Below, piece after piece: positions 44,533 to 54,130 of a stretch of 64,000 bases of DNA. A program made the translations under genes and the position numbers. Position 1 is the first letter of the stretch. The number at the start of each line of letters is the position of its first letter. Below the pieces are notes generated by a model. The model saw nothing but the letters and a program-made list of their open reading frames with translations, searched no databases and had not been told where the DNA came from. The stretch comes from an uncultured Candidatus Saccharibacteria bacterium (lineage in GTDB: Bacteria; Patescibacteriota; Saccharimonadia; Saccharimonadales; UBA4665). The stretch is from contig CAYUNX010000001.1 of NCBI GenBank assembly GCA_964446255.1, positions 9,729 through 73,728 of the forward strand, given 5' to 3'.

Positions 44533-45165
44533 TTATAAATCAATAGAATTATATAAGGTATTGATATTTTCTGAGTCTTTTTCGTGAAGATGGCACGAAT
44601 CGATAAAATGATAATAATTTCCTGTTTCAATACCAATACGATTGGCAATATATTTCTGCACTGCAATAAATTCTAATAAATTCATAAGGAGTTTTTTGTA
44701 CGCATCCGAAGAGTGCGCATGAACATGGAGCTCCAATTTCCCATGTTTTATTCGCGCCCAAACAATTTGGGTGCACGGTGAAAATTTTTGAGATTGGTCA
44801 ATGTTCTTATCCCACATGGAGATCTGTGATTCGCCAGAGGGTGTTTCCGCACTGAGAGATTGTATTAGAAACTCAATCTGTGAATTGGGGTTATCAAACA
44901 TACGATGGTGATATATTTTAGTCCATTCATGAGACACTTTACTTTCATTGTTCCCGGTGACAATATACTCGTTGATAACATCTATATCATGCTGCAACAT
45001 CGGAAACCGACTATCCGCTAACTCTAACTTAGGATATTTAATATGAATAAGCGTTGGCTCGTCTCGCATATACTTAGAATTACCAGTGTTTTCCCCGTTT
45101 CTAATTAGGTTTTTAAAAACCTCTAACCACGCTGCGTTTGCAGTGTCTGCGTTTATTGAAATCAT
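44533..45165 (-). CDS. Thymidylate-synthase-superfamily (ThyA-fold) protein, short form
   Basis: SPC nucleophile motif. HAHSSD..MN compared with YQRSCD..FN, and DSCHLH compared with GDTHLY. Start at ATG 45165; the ORF-track extension overlaps the next gene. Confidence 0.55.
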   Translation of the reverse strand: MISINADTANAAWLEVFKNLIRNGENTGNSKYMRDEPTLIHIKYPKLELADSRFPMLQHDIDVINEYIVTGNNESKVSHEWTKIYHHRMFDNPNSQIEFLIQSLSAETPSGESQISMWDKNIDQSQKFSPCTQIVWARIKHGKLELHVHAHSSDAYKKLLMNLLEFIAVQKYIANRIGIETGNYYHFIDSCHLHEKDSENINTLYNSIDL

Positions 45166-45172
45166 AGTGAAA

Positions 45173-45178
45173 ATTATA
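45173..45178 (-). promoter_or_regulatory. Candidate -10 box (TATAAT), leaderless start of the island's minus-strand operon
   Basis: The minus strand reads TATAAT-TTTCACT-ATG, with the ATG at 45165. Confidence 0.45.
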
Positions 45179-45229
45179 CACCACAGTTTCGCGAAGTTAT
45201 CACAAAACCCCAAAACATTCTTACTTACT

Positions 45230-46099
45230 CTAGATGATGCAGTGGAGAGCGCGGGGTACGATGGTGACGGTGATAGTTTCGCCCTTGTGTAGTTGCTTGC
45301 GCTCACCGTCCATTTGCAGCCCCATGTCATGCTCGCAAGTAAACTCATAGGTTTTAACTTGTTTTGCGTCGTTGACACCGACAGTTATTGCACGGAAAAA
45401 GTAGCTTGCAAGGTCCAGAATTGCGCCAGCTTTGATTTCCATTAGCTCAAATTTACCATCACTGATTGAAGCCCGTCCGGTCATTTTGATCATTTTGGAC
45501 ATGCGTCCGGCGTTGAGGAATAACAGATTGTCGAGCCGTTTTGTCTTGCCGGCTACTTTGACCCTGACTGGTTTGATATTGAGCGCTTTCCAAAAAGCGA
45601 GCCGAAACTCGCGGATGGGGTGATAATCGTGTTGTTTGAGTAAGTCGTTTATTTGGCTGGTAAGGCCGACGCCGGCGTACGAATGTGCGTAACGTGTCCA
45701 GCCGGTGCTTGATGTTATTTGCAGGACGTCGATGTGCTCGGCGCGGCTCGATGTGATACGGCGGATTACATCGCCGTGATGCATGTAATTGTAATGGTCG
45801 TTCGCGTTGCCGGCAGGCAGCAAACCAGTGGTAGTGTCGGGGTTTTTTGACTGTAAAATACCATTGATGACTTCGTGGTAACCACCGTCGCCACTTGCGC
45901 TTATGATCATGGTGTGGCGGTCACGCTGGGCAGCTTTACGGGCTAGGTCTTCGCCGTGTCCGGGGCGTTTTGTAGCCATTAGCTCGACCGGTAATCCTAT
46001 GCGTCGGTGTACGCGAGCCACAAACCGTTCGGCGGTTTGCTTACTCTTGCCTGTGCTGGCAGGGTTGTAAATAACAACCAACCGTTTGACCTCACTCAT
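45230..46099 (-). CDS. Diacylglycerol/lipid kinase family protein (YegS/BmrU-like)
   Basis: VVIYNPASTGK, ISASGDGGYHEVINGIL and LPAGNANDH. Start at ATG 46099. Confidence 0.75.
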   Translation of the reverse strand: MSEVKRLVVIYNPASTGKSKQTAERFVARVHRRIGLPVELMATKRPGHGEDLARKAAQRDRHTMIISASGDGGYHEVINGILQSKNPDTTTGLLPAGNANDHYNYMHHGDVIRRITSSRAEHIDVLQITSSTGWTRYAHSYAGVGLTSQINDLLKQHDYHPIREFRLAFWKALNIKPVRVKVAGKTKRLDNLLFLNAGRMSKMIKMTGRASISDGKFELMEIKAGAILDLASYFFRAITVGVNDAKQVKTYEFTCEHDMGLQMDGERKQLHKGETITVTIVPRALHCII

Positions 46100-46105
46100 A
46101 GTGGT

Positions 46106-46111
46106 AGTATA
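46106..46111 (-). promoter_or_regulatory. Candidate -10 box (TATACT), leaderless start
   Basis: The minus strand reads TATACT-ACCACT-ATG, with the ATG at 46099. Confidence 0.4.
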
Positions 46112-46186
46112 ACACCGAACAGCATGCATGTTTTGACTGTCTTAACAAATGATATAGTCTTTCTAGTGATTCGACATTAGATATTT

Positions 46187-46649
46187 CAAGTTCCCGAACT
46201 GCGGTCGGCTCTTTTTCCCTTCATCGTTTTTAAGTGTGGTTCCCGCACCACAGGCGGCTTACTTTTTGGTTCGCCAAAAAGTAAGATAAAAAACTCGGCA
46301 CGCTTCCACCCTCTTGGTGATCTGTTGTTGCTGATTACAACGGCCACACACTAAGCTCCACATTCGTTACGCTACGCATGTGTCCTGAAGTTGTAACAGA
46401 CAACAACATTTCAGCCAGGATGGTTCTAGAGTGCCATGAGCTACAATTCCGTCTCTCCGTCATTCCGGACTTGATCCGGAATCTAGTTATAAAAGTCGTG
46501 TAGCGACGAAGCTACAGGGCTCATTCGTTAATCTTTAATCAATAATCAGACCCTCCGCTATTCCATGCGGAATATAGTGGAGTCGAAGAATCACTTTTAA
46601 GATTTTCCAGATTCCAATTCGTAAATCGTTAATCTTTAATCGTAATTCG
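46187..46649. repeat. Composite structured intergenic repeat, copy 3
   Basis: Same module order as copy 1: two TTCCCG-loop hairpins, a 12-bp hairpin CTTACTTTTTGG-TTCG-CCAAAAAGTAAG, a long hairpin, an ATTCCGGA..TCCGGAAT unit and heptamer arrays. Ends 2 nt before the purL stop. Confidence 0.8.
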
Positions 46650-46650
46650 A

Positions 46651-49600
46651 CTATTTTCTCGTTGTCCAGTTGTAGGCATTTTGGAACATGGTAAGCCACG
46701 GTGAGTCGGCTGGCCAGTCGGCGGGGTGCCACGAAAGCTGACGAGTTTGAAAAGCGCGCTCGGGGTGCGGCATCATGATGGTGGCGCGACCATCGGGTGT
46801 CGTCAGCGCGGTGATGCCTTGCGGAGAACCATTCGGGTTCGCGGGGTATGTTACGGTTGGTTCGTGTCGATTGTCGACGTATTGAGCTACGACTAGGCCG
46901 GCTTTTAGTGCGGCAGCTTGCTGCTCGGCGCTTTCGAACTGGGCGAAACCCTCACCGTGCGCTACAGGGATTGGTAGTACAGAACCATCGAGGTTTTTGA
47001 AAAAGATTGACGGCGATTGGTTTATCCGGACAAGTGGCAGTCGTGCCTCGAATTGCTCTGAAACATTATGTGCAAATTTTGGCCAATCCGCAGTTCCAGG
47101 GATGAGCTCTTTAAGACCAGACAGCATCTGGCAGCCGTTACACACACCGAGCGTAAACGTATCTGGTCGAGCAAAATAATCACTGAATTGTTGCCGTAGG
47201 TTAGAGTCGAGCAATATGGTTTTAGCCCAGCCTCCCCCTGCCCCAAGCACGTCACCGTATGAGAACCCGCCGCATGCGACTAAGCCAGTAAAATCGGTAA
47301 GACTGACGCGACCAGCAATGATGTCACTCAGATGCACATCTACAGCCGTAAACCCTGCAGCAGTAAAGGCTGCGGCCATCTCTATTTGCCCGTTGACACC
47401 CTGCTCACGGAATATGGCCACCTTCGGCTTGTGGTTTGAATTGTCAACGCTTAATTCTTGACTCTTTACTCTCGAACTTACCGAATTTAACCCTAGGTCA
47501 TTGTCGTCAGAAATCGCCTCGAACTCTTGGTCTGCGCAATCGGGGTTATCGCGTAGCTTTTGGACTTGGTAGCTGGTGTCGGACCACCAGGATTCTAATT
47601 GTGCCCGAGTATTTTGATAGACGATTTCACCAGCATCTTTAAACACAATGTTTTGCTCTTTAGTCGGTTTACCGAGGGCATACACGTGGTTGCCGATTGC
47701 ACCTGACAACACTTGGGATACAGTTTTTTCATCTGTTGCTTTTACCTGGATGACAACTCCGAGCTCTTCGTTGAATAGGCGCTCGAGGTTGCTGCCAGGC
47801 AAACCTGCGAGGTCAATATCGAGCCCATAGCGGCTTGCAAACGCCATTTCGACCAAGGTCGTTAGCAATCCGCCGTCAGAACGATCGTGGTAAGCAAGAA
47901 TTTTGCCCTGTCGTTTCAAGTCCGTTATAGTCTCAAAGAATTTTTTCAGCACTGCCGCGTCAGCGTCGGGTGTTTCATCGCCAAATTGGTTATACACTTG
48001 GGCGAGTGCCGAACCGCCTAGTCGGGTTTTGCCGCCCGATAAGTCAACAAACAACAGGCTTGATTCTACTGACACGTCAAGTTGAGGAGTTAGTGTTTTG
48101 GTGACGTCGCGAACTGGCGAAAACCCAGTGATGATTAACGATAACGGCGAAGTGACGCTTTTTTGCTCGCCATCGTCTTGCCAAACGGTACGCATACTAA
48201 GAGAATCTTTGCCAACCGGAATGGTAAGGCCAAGCGCTGGGCAGAATGATTCACCGACGGTGCGGACCGTATCGTAGAGGTGCTGGTCTTCGTGTGCATA
48301 ACCGGCAGCAGCCATCCAGTTGGCAGACAGTTTAATATCTGACAGCTTACTGACATCTGAAGCGAGCATATTGGTGAGTGTCTCGGCAATAGCCATACGA
48401 GCCGAAGCAGGAGCATCGATAACGGCCAGTGGCATTCGTTCGCCCATGGTCATCGCTTCGCCGTAGTTGGAGTCGAATGAAACGGCTGTTATGGCGACGT
48501 CGCTGACTGGCACTTGCCACGGCCCGACCATTTGGTCGCGGGTGACGAGGCCAGTGATGCTCCGGTCGCCGATGGTGATGAGAAACTTTTTACTACCGAC
48601 CGAGGGCAGATGGAGTACACGTTTTACGGCATCTTGGAGCGTAATTTTTGCGAAGTTAAGTGCATCGTTTTTAACTTCGGTGCGCTCAAATGACCGAGTC
48701 ATCTTGGGTGGTTTACCGAACAGTGTCGTCATCGGCAGATTAACGGTATCGTTCTTCTGCAAGCTGTCGTGCACGATGAGCTGCTCATCGGCGGTGGTAA
48801 TGCCTACCACGGCATAGGGGCATCGCTCGCGCTCACAAAGCTCTTTGAATCGTGCGACATCTTCTTCGCTCACGCCAAGCACGTAGCGCTCCTGGGCTTC
48901 ATTGCACCATATTTCGAGTGGTGACAGACCTGGCTCGGCACTTGGGAGGTCGCGTAGCTGGAATATTGCACCGACGCCTGAATCATGTACCAGCTCGGGT
49001 AGTGCGTTGCTGTAGCCACCAGCACCAATGTCGTGGATGGAGATGATAGGATTGTTTTCGCCTAGCGCCCAACATGCGTCGATAACTTCTTGGCAGCGGC
49101 GTTCCATTTCGGCATTGCCACGTTGAACTGAAGCAAAATCAAGACTCGCGGCACTCGTACCGGTTTGCATGCTCGAGGCAGCACCACCACCGAGACCGAT
49201 GAGCATTGCGGGGCCACCGAGGACGATAATTCGAGCACCTGGCTGGATGGTGTTCTTTTGGACATGCACGTCACGTATGTTGCCGAGTCCACCCGCTATC
49301 ATGATAGGTTTGTGGTAGCCGTAGACTTCGTTGTCTACTGCTTGCTCATAGGTCCGGAAAAATCCAGCGAGGTTTGGGCGGCCAAACTCATTGGCAAATG
49401 CTGCCCCACCGAGTGGTGCATCTATCATAATGCCGAGCGGCGAGGTGATGCGGTCGGGTTTGCCATACGGCTTTTCCCAAGGTCTCGGCGCGTCAGGTAG
49501 ATTCAAGTTTGAAACTGTAAAGCCAGCCAGCCCCATTTTGGGCTTGGCGCCGCGACCTGTCGCACCTTCGTCACGGATTTCGCCACCGGTTCCGGTTGCG

Positions 49601-50520
49601 GCACCGGGGAACGGCGCAATGGCGGTCGGGTGATTATGTGTCTCAACTTTTATAACGGTGTGAATTGGCTCTTTGTGGTAGTCGTATGTGTGGGTGATAG
49701 GGTCTGGGAAAAATCGACCAGCAGTTGGCCCCGCGAGCACAGCCGCATTGTCAGAGTAGGCCGATAAAACATCCTCGCCACCTTTTTCGTAGGTGTTTTT
49801 AATCATTTTAAATAAGCTTTTGGGCTGCTTTTCGCCGTCGATTACCCAGTCGGCATTGAAAATCTTGTGGCGGCAATGCTCGCTGTTTACGGCGCCGAAC
49901 ATCATGAGTTCGGCATCGGTCGGGTTACGACCGAGCTCTGTGTAGGCATCGACGAGGTAGTCAATCTCATCATCGGCGAGCGCAAGTCCGAACTCACTAT
50001 TAGCGCGCCGCAGCTCGTCGCTTCCGCCCGACAAAATATCAACTATGATAAGTGGTTTAGGTTGAGCGTGGCTAAACAGTGTGTCAGTTTCTTTTTCGCT
50101 CGTGAGAACAGCGTCGGTCATGCGGTCATGCAAAGCGGGAGCTACCAAGTTGCGGTCAAGTGTTTTCGGTGCCGTGATGTGGTAGGCGATGCCCCGCTCG
50201 ATGCGACGTATTTGGGTAAGGCCGGCATTGTGTGCGATGTCTGTCGCCTTGGATGACCAGGGTGAAATGGTGCCTGGCCGCGGCACAACGAGGAATAATT
50301 CTCCACTTGGTTGCACCTCACTTGGTGTGTCGTAGGTCAGAAGAAGCTCAAGTTGCTTTACTTGATCGGCACTAAGGTCTTTTTCGGTCTCGACTATATG
50401 CACATAGCTGCCGTTCACATTGGTTACACTTGGTTCAACCGCTTGTAGCTTGCTTAAAAGTTTTTGACGGCGAAAGTCTGACAGCGCGTTGGCTCCCGTG
50501 TAGAGTTGCAAGGTGCTCAT
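46651..50520 (-). CDS. purL: Phosphoribosylformylglycinamidine synthase, single-chain large form
   Basis: 1289 aa. Has an FGAM-synthase core and a C-terminal glutaminase domain (GVCNGCQML...VAHGEG). Confidence 0.9.
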   Translation of the reverse strand: MSTLQLYTGANALSDFRRQKLLSKLQAVEPSVTNVNGSYVHIVETEKDLSADQVKQLELLLTYDTPSEVQPSGELFLVVPRPGTISPWSSKATDIAHNAGLTQIRRIERGIAYHITAPKTLDRNLVAPALHDRMTDAVLTSEKETDTLFSHAQPKPLIIVDILSGGSDELRRANSEFGLALADDEIDYLVDAYTELGRNPTDAELMMFGAVNSEHCRHKIFNADWVIDGEKQPKSLFKMIKNTYEKGGEDVLSAYSDNAAVLAGPTAGRFFPDPITHTYDYHKEPIHTVIKVETHNHPTAIAPFPGAATGTGGEIRDEGATGRGAKPKMGLAGFTVSNLNLPDAPRPWEKPYGKPDRITSPLGIMIDAPLGGAAFANEFGRPNLAGFFRTYEQAVDNEVYGYHKPIMIAGGLGNIRDVHVQKNTIQPGARIIVLGGPAMLIGLGGGAASSMQTGTSAASLDFASVQRGNAEMERRCQEVIDACWALGENNPIISIHDIGAGGYSNALPELVHDSGVGAIFQLRDLPSAEPGLSPLEIWCNEAQERYVLGVSEEDVARFKELCERERCPYAVVGITTADEQLIVHDSLQKNDTVNLPMTTLFGKPPKMTRSFERTEVKNDALNFAKITLQDAVKRVLHLPSVGSKKFLITIGDRSITGLVTRDQMVGPWQVPVSDVAITAVSFDSNYGEAMTMGERMPLAVIDAPASARMAIAETLTNMLASDVSKLSDIKLSANWMAAAGYAHEDQHLYDTVRTVGESFCPALGLTIPVGKDSLSMRTVWQDDGEQKSVTSPLSLIITGFSPVRDVTKTLTPQLDVSVESSLLFVDLSGGKTRLGGSALAQVYNQFGDETPDADAAVLKKFFETITDLKRQGKILAYHDRSDGGLLTTLVEMAFASRYGLDIDLAGLPGSNLERLFNEELGVVIQVKATDEKTVSQVLSGAIGNHVYALGKPTKEQNIVFKDAGEIVYQNTRAQLESWWSDTSYQVQKLRDNPDCADQEFEAISDDNDLGLNSVSSRVKSQELSVDNSNHKPKVAIFREQGVNGQIEMAAAFTAAGFTAVDVHLSDIIAGRVSLTDFTGLVACGGFSYGDVLGAGGGWAKTILLDSNLRQQFSDYFARPDTFTLGVCNGCQMLSGLKELIPGTADWPKFAHNVSEQFEARLPLVRINQSPSIFFKNLDGSVLPIPVAHGEGFAQFESAEQQAAALKAGLVVAQYVDNRHEPTVTYPANPNGSPQGITALTTPDGRATIMMPHPERAFQTRQLSWHPADWPADSPWLTMFQNAYNWTTRK

Positions 50521-51629
50521 GAGCGTACCTCCAGCGTGTCCTCGCTAAACGTGATGTTTTTGGGCTTAATGACGACTTGTTTAGCGCCAGCCTCGACGTG
50601 CCCTGCTCTTGTGGCTCGCAAGTTGTGTTTCTTGGCCTGCGCAAGCACCGCTTCGGTGTCTCTTGGAGATACATAGATGGCAAAACCTACACCCATATTG
50701 AAATTGCCGTACATCTCAGTGTCATCTACACCTGCCACCTTTTGCATGTGCAAAAATTCTGGTTGCGGCTCGAGAATCGTGTCGATGACATAGCTAAAGT
50801 CTGCGCTGGCTCGCATGAGTTTGCGCCAACCATGACCGGTGACATTTACCATATAATGTGGCACGACGCCTGCATCTAAAATGTCCCGAACGAGTGGTAT
50901 GTACAGATGTGTTGGTGTGAGGATAGCCTCACCAAAAAGTCGCCCATCAGACAGCTCTGTTTCATACAGTTTTGAGTCTTGCTCGTACAAATGCCTGACA
51001 AATGAAATGCCATTGGCATGGATGCCGCTGCTCTCGATGAAAATGATTTCGTCACCGTCCGCGAGTTTGTCGCCGAGCACAAGCCGACTCTTTGGGTTAA
51101 TGATGCCGACGGCTGAGCCACCCAAGTCGATGGTCTCGGGGTTAATGATACCCTTGAGTGCTGGTGTTTCACCACCGCCCCAGACAGCGCCGATAGTATT
51201 GCAGGCGGCGGCCCAACCATTGACGAGGTCAGTGGCGCGTTCGCGGTCATTCATCCAAGCTCCGTCGCCGAGAGCAAAGTAAGCGTTGACGACTTGTGGC
51301 ATAGCACCAACCACGACGAGGTCATTGACTATCATGGCAACAGTGTCCTGCGCGAGATTGTCGTAGTACGTTTTGCCCGTAATGTTTCTGACGACATCGG
51401 CAACGAGGTTTTTAGTGCCAAGCCCTTCGACGACAAGTGCGCGGTATGCGTTGGGCTCTTCCCAGACATAGGCCGATTCGCCGCGGCTCGCACCAACTTC
51501 GCTCATACCAAATGCGCCCAAGTTACCGCTTGTCGTTTGCGCCTGTTTTTGCGCTAAAACTTTTATGGGGTCCAATGCGGTATAGTCTACTCCCGATGCC
51601 GCGTAGGTTTGGGTTGATGGTTTGCTCAT
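50517..51629 (-). CDS. purM: Phosphoribosylformylglycinamidine cyclo-ligase (AIR synthase)-like
   Basis: [11 protein letters not shown] and [12 protein letters not shown] resemble the PurM motifs DGVGTK and VNDI..GA.P. 4-nt overlaps on both sides. Confidence 0.75.
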   Translation of the reverse strand: MSKPSTQTYAASGVDYTALDPIKVLAQKQAQTTSGNLGAFGMSEVGASRGESAYVWEEPNAYRALVVEGLGTKNLVADVVRNITGKTYYDNLAQDTVAMIVNDLVVVGAMPQVVNAYFALGDGAWMNDRERATDLVNGWAAACNTIGAVWGGGETPALKGIINPETIDLGGSAVGIINPKSRLVLGDKLADGDEIIFIESSGIHANGISFVRHLYEQDSKLYETELSDGRLFGEAILTPTHLYIPLVRDILDAGVVPHYMVNVTGHGWRKLMRASADFSYVIDTILEPQPEFLHMQKVAGVDDTEMYGNFNMGVGFAIYVSPRDTEAVLAQAKKHNLRATRAGHVEAGAKQVVIKPKNITFSEDTLEVRS

Positions 51630-52174
51630 AGCGGGGCTCCTTCTTGTTTGACTTGATGCAAAATAAAATTCGTACGACTCTCTACATTGAGCGCTGGTAC
51701 CGTTACTACTTCAATGCCGTACTCTGAGTATGCATCGATAAGCAAATCGTGGAGTTGGTTAGTGAAAGCTGCATCTTCTGTGCGTGCATAATCTTTTTCA
51801 AATTTACCAAGTGGCTCAAGGAGGAATACTTTTTTATAAGTAGCACTCTGAATAAGTTTTTTAGCCCATGGCTCGATAGTGTAGTCATATGCTTTCAAAT
51901 ATGCGGTGGTATCATGCATTCCACGATCAAAAAATGTAGTTTTTTTGGGGTTAAGAGTTGACTCGATATCAGATTTTCTTTGGAGTACATCTTCTTGAAA
52001 TTTTTTCTCATCACGGCGAAGTTCTTCGATGGATATACCATTACCTAAACTTTCGTCTATTACAGAACGCGCTGCCTCGGGCACAACTAAGTAGCCAAGC
52101 ATTTCTAATTGCGTCAGTAACGTCGTTTTACCTGTGGATGGTCCACCGGTGATTACATACCAATTATTGTTCAT
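51626..52174 (-). CDS. P-loop ATPase/kinase (AAA_28 / NadR-kinase-like pattern)
   Basis: Walker A ITGGPSTGKTTL. 182 aa, lower GC. Embedded in the pur operon by 4-nt overlaps. Confidence 0.5.
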   Translation of the reverse strand: MNNNWYVITGGPSTGKTTLLTQLEMLGYLVVPEAARSVIDESLGNGISIEELRRDEKKFQEDVLQRKSDIESTLNPKKTTFFDRGMHDTTAYLKAYDYTIEPWAKKLIQSATYKKVFLLEPLGKFEKDYARTEDAAFTNQLHDLLIDAYSEYGIEVVTVPALNVESRTNFILHQVKQEGAPL

Positions 52175-52977
52175 TTAACGTTCGCCCCGCCGACAACAAT
52201 TGCTCCGACCGCATTTGCCAAACGCGCCCAGGTAGCATGCGAATTCTCTGGATTAAGCAGGTGGAATTTGACGCCAGCAGTTACAGCCATTACGCCGTCT
52301 TTTATCCGATCGTCACCCACATACGCCATACGAGCAACATCCTCAGCGGGAAGATGTAACATGGGCGGTAGGTTGAACTGATTTCGCCAGGCAGTGTGTG
52401 CATAACGCATGATAATTGCAGATGGTTTAGTCGGAGTATCACGTTTCTCAGACGCAGCCATACCAGTAATGGCCTCTTGCGCAAGCAGTATGGTGGGTTG
52501 TTGCACTCCCCATACATCATATGTCTTAGCAATAAATGGCTCGTGCCCAGACGATACTATCCCATCGGTTACTGAGGCACCTTTCTCGCGGGCTTCTTGT
52601 AGTCTAATCGCAAAATCAAGATAACCCTCAGTTGGTTTCGGCCATTGCGGTGTAATCTCATCAAGCAAAACCGAAAGTTTGACAGCGTCGAGTTGTTCGA
52701 GTAGGGCCATCTGTTCTGAGCGCTTTGCATCTGGTGCAAGTTGTTTGACGATTTCTATTGGCGCGCGGTTACACAGACCGCCATTTGCATGGAATTTTGC
52801 GAGTACTCGAGTGCCGAATACTTGGTCAATAGCTGAATCGTAGGCTGATCCAACACTTATGTTATGGGGAGAAGGGTCGAAGGTGCGCGCAACTGTCCCG
52901 TCAAAATCGTAACCGACAAAAGTATCACCGGCAAAAGCTACGAGTTTTTCCTGGGGGGCAGTTGGCACTGTAATCAC
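52171..52977 (-). CDS. HAD-like hydrolase
   Basis: Motif I GYDFDGTV, Lys in TKPS, motif IV GDDRIKD. Confidence 0.5.
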   Translation of the reverse strand: MITVPTAPQEKLVAFAGDTFVGYDFDGTVARTFDPSPHNISVGSAYDSAIDQVFGTRVLAKFHANGGLCNRAPIEIVKQLAPDAKRSEQMALLEQLDAVKLSVLLDEITPQWPKPTEGYLDFAIRLQEAREKGASVTDGIVSSGHEPFIAKTYDVWGVQQPTILLAQEAITGMAASEKRDTPTKPSAIIMRYAHTAWRNQFNLPPMLHLPAEDVARMAYVGDDRIKDGVMAVTAGVKFHLLNPENSHATWARLANAVGAIVVGGANVK

Positions 52978-53468
52978 GCAGTTTCACCTTGGAGTTTGGT
53001 GTCGGCGGTGATAACGGCGTCATGCTGGGCTTGGCGGAAACTCGCATATTTGTGAGCGAGCTCAGAGTCGTTCAGCGCCAAGATCTCAACTGCTAAAAGC
53101 GCTGCATTGCGAGCGCCATTCTCGGGTAGCGTAGCCAGTGGCACGCCAGGAGGCATCTTGATACTCGACCAAAGCGCCTCGTGGTCGTGGTTATCACGCT
53201 TGACCGGTACAGCGATGACTGGCAGAGGTGTATGCGAAGCGGTCATACCAGGCAGGTGTGCTGAACCGCCTGCGCCTGCGATAATAATCTTGAGTCCCCT
53301 CTCGGCCGCACTGGCAGCGTATTCTGCCATAACATCTGGTGTACGATGTGCAGAGATGATGCGGACTTCGTGCGCAACACCGAACTCAGCAAGCGTATCA
53401 GCGGCTGCTTGCATAACGTCGAGGTCGCTCTCTGACCCCATAATAACTCCAACTACTATGTCACTCAT
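52974..53468 (-). CDS. purE: N5-carboxyaminoimidazole ribonucleotide mutase
   Basis: VGVIMGSESDLDVM and AGGSAHLPGM motifs. 164 aa. Confidence 0.9.
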   Translation of the reverse strand: MSDIVVGVIMGSESDLDVMQAAADTLAEFGVAHEVRIISAHRTPDVMAEYAASAAERGLKIIIAGAGGSAHLPGMTASHTPLPVIAVPVKRDNHDHEALWSSIKMPPGVPLATLPENGARNAALLAVEILALNDSELAHKYASFRQAQHDAVITADTKLQGETA

Positions 53469-54130
53469 GATAGTTCCTCCATTAGGTCGTTTAGTTCAGA
53501 AACGGTGTGTATGATAGCAGTCGGTTGTGCGTCCTGTAAGCGCTTTTCGGAGTTGTTGCCCCCAGTAATCGATATGGTGCGGAGCCCCAGGTTATGGCCG
53601 ATGCGGATTTCCTCTACGGTGTCGCCTACGATAATTGTTTCAGATGGACTGATGTTGTTCTCCTCGAGGTGTGTTTCGAGACGATGCTGCTTGCTCGTAT
53701 GATGCATCTCCTCGGTTCCGCCGTTTGCGAGTACCGCATCAAATAGGTCTACCAGCTTCAGGCGTGAAAGTTGCAGATAGATGCCTTCGACAGTGTGGTT
53801 ACTCAGTATCACGCATGAAATACCCTGTTTCCGTAACGCTTCCAGGGTTTTTTTGGTACCTGGTCGAGTACGTGCGTGGGCAGCGAGGGGCTCATAGATT
53901 GGGTGAAACTTCGCAGCAATTTCAGCAGACTTTGCGTCGAATGCTTCGCGGCTGATGCCAAGATTTTCGTAAAAACGGTATAGTGGCGCATCGTATGTGT
54001 CGCGGTACCGCTCAAGACTAAGTGGTGGTATCCCTAAGACTTTGACCTGGCTGGCGTTGACCGCCTCGAGCACAATCTTGGTGTCATCAAAAAGCGTGCC
54101 GTTCCAATCGAATACTACGAGCTTAATCAT
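53465..54130 (-). CDS. HAD-superfamily hydrolase (phosphoglycolate-phosphatase-like)
   Basis: Motif I VVFDWNGTLFDD, motif II ILSNH, motif IV VGDTVEE. Confidence 0.6.
   Translation of the reverse strand: MIKLVVFDWNGTLFDDTKIVLEAVNASQVKVLGIPPLSLERYRDTYDAPLYRFYENLGISREAFDAKSAEIAAKFHPIYEPLAAHARTRPGTKKTLEALRKQGISCVILSNHTVEGIYLQLSRLKLVDLFDAVLANGGTEEMHHTSKQHRLETHLEENNISPSETIIVGDTVEEIRIGHNLGLRTISITGGNNSEKRLQDAQPTAIIHTVSELNDLMEELS

Noticed and set aside
39400-45229. Prophage or integrative element as the nature of the lower-GC island
   Set aside because: I saw no integrase, transposase, phage structural gene, flanking direct repeat or tRNA at its borders. The promoters look native. It is kept as a metabolic island of unknown origin.
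45166-45378. N-terminal 71-aa extension of the ThyA-like ORF (track 44533..45378)
   Set aside because: The extension overlaps the 3' end of the lipid-kinase gene in another frame and has no ThyA similarity. ATG 45165 has a TATAAT-N7 signal.
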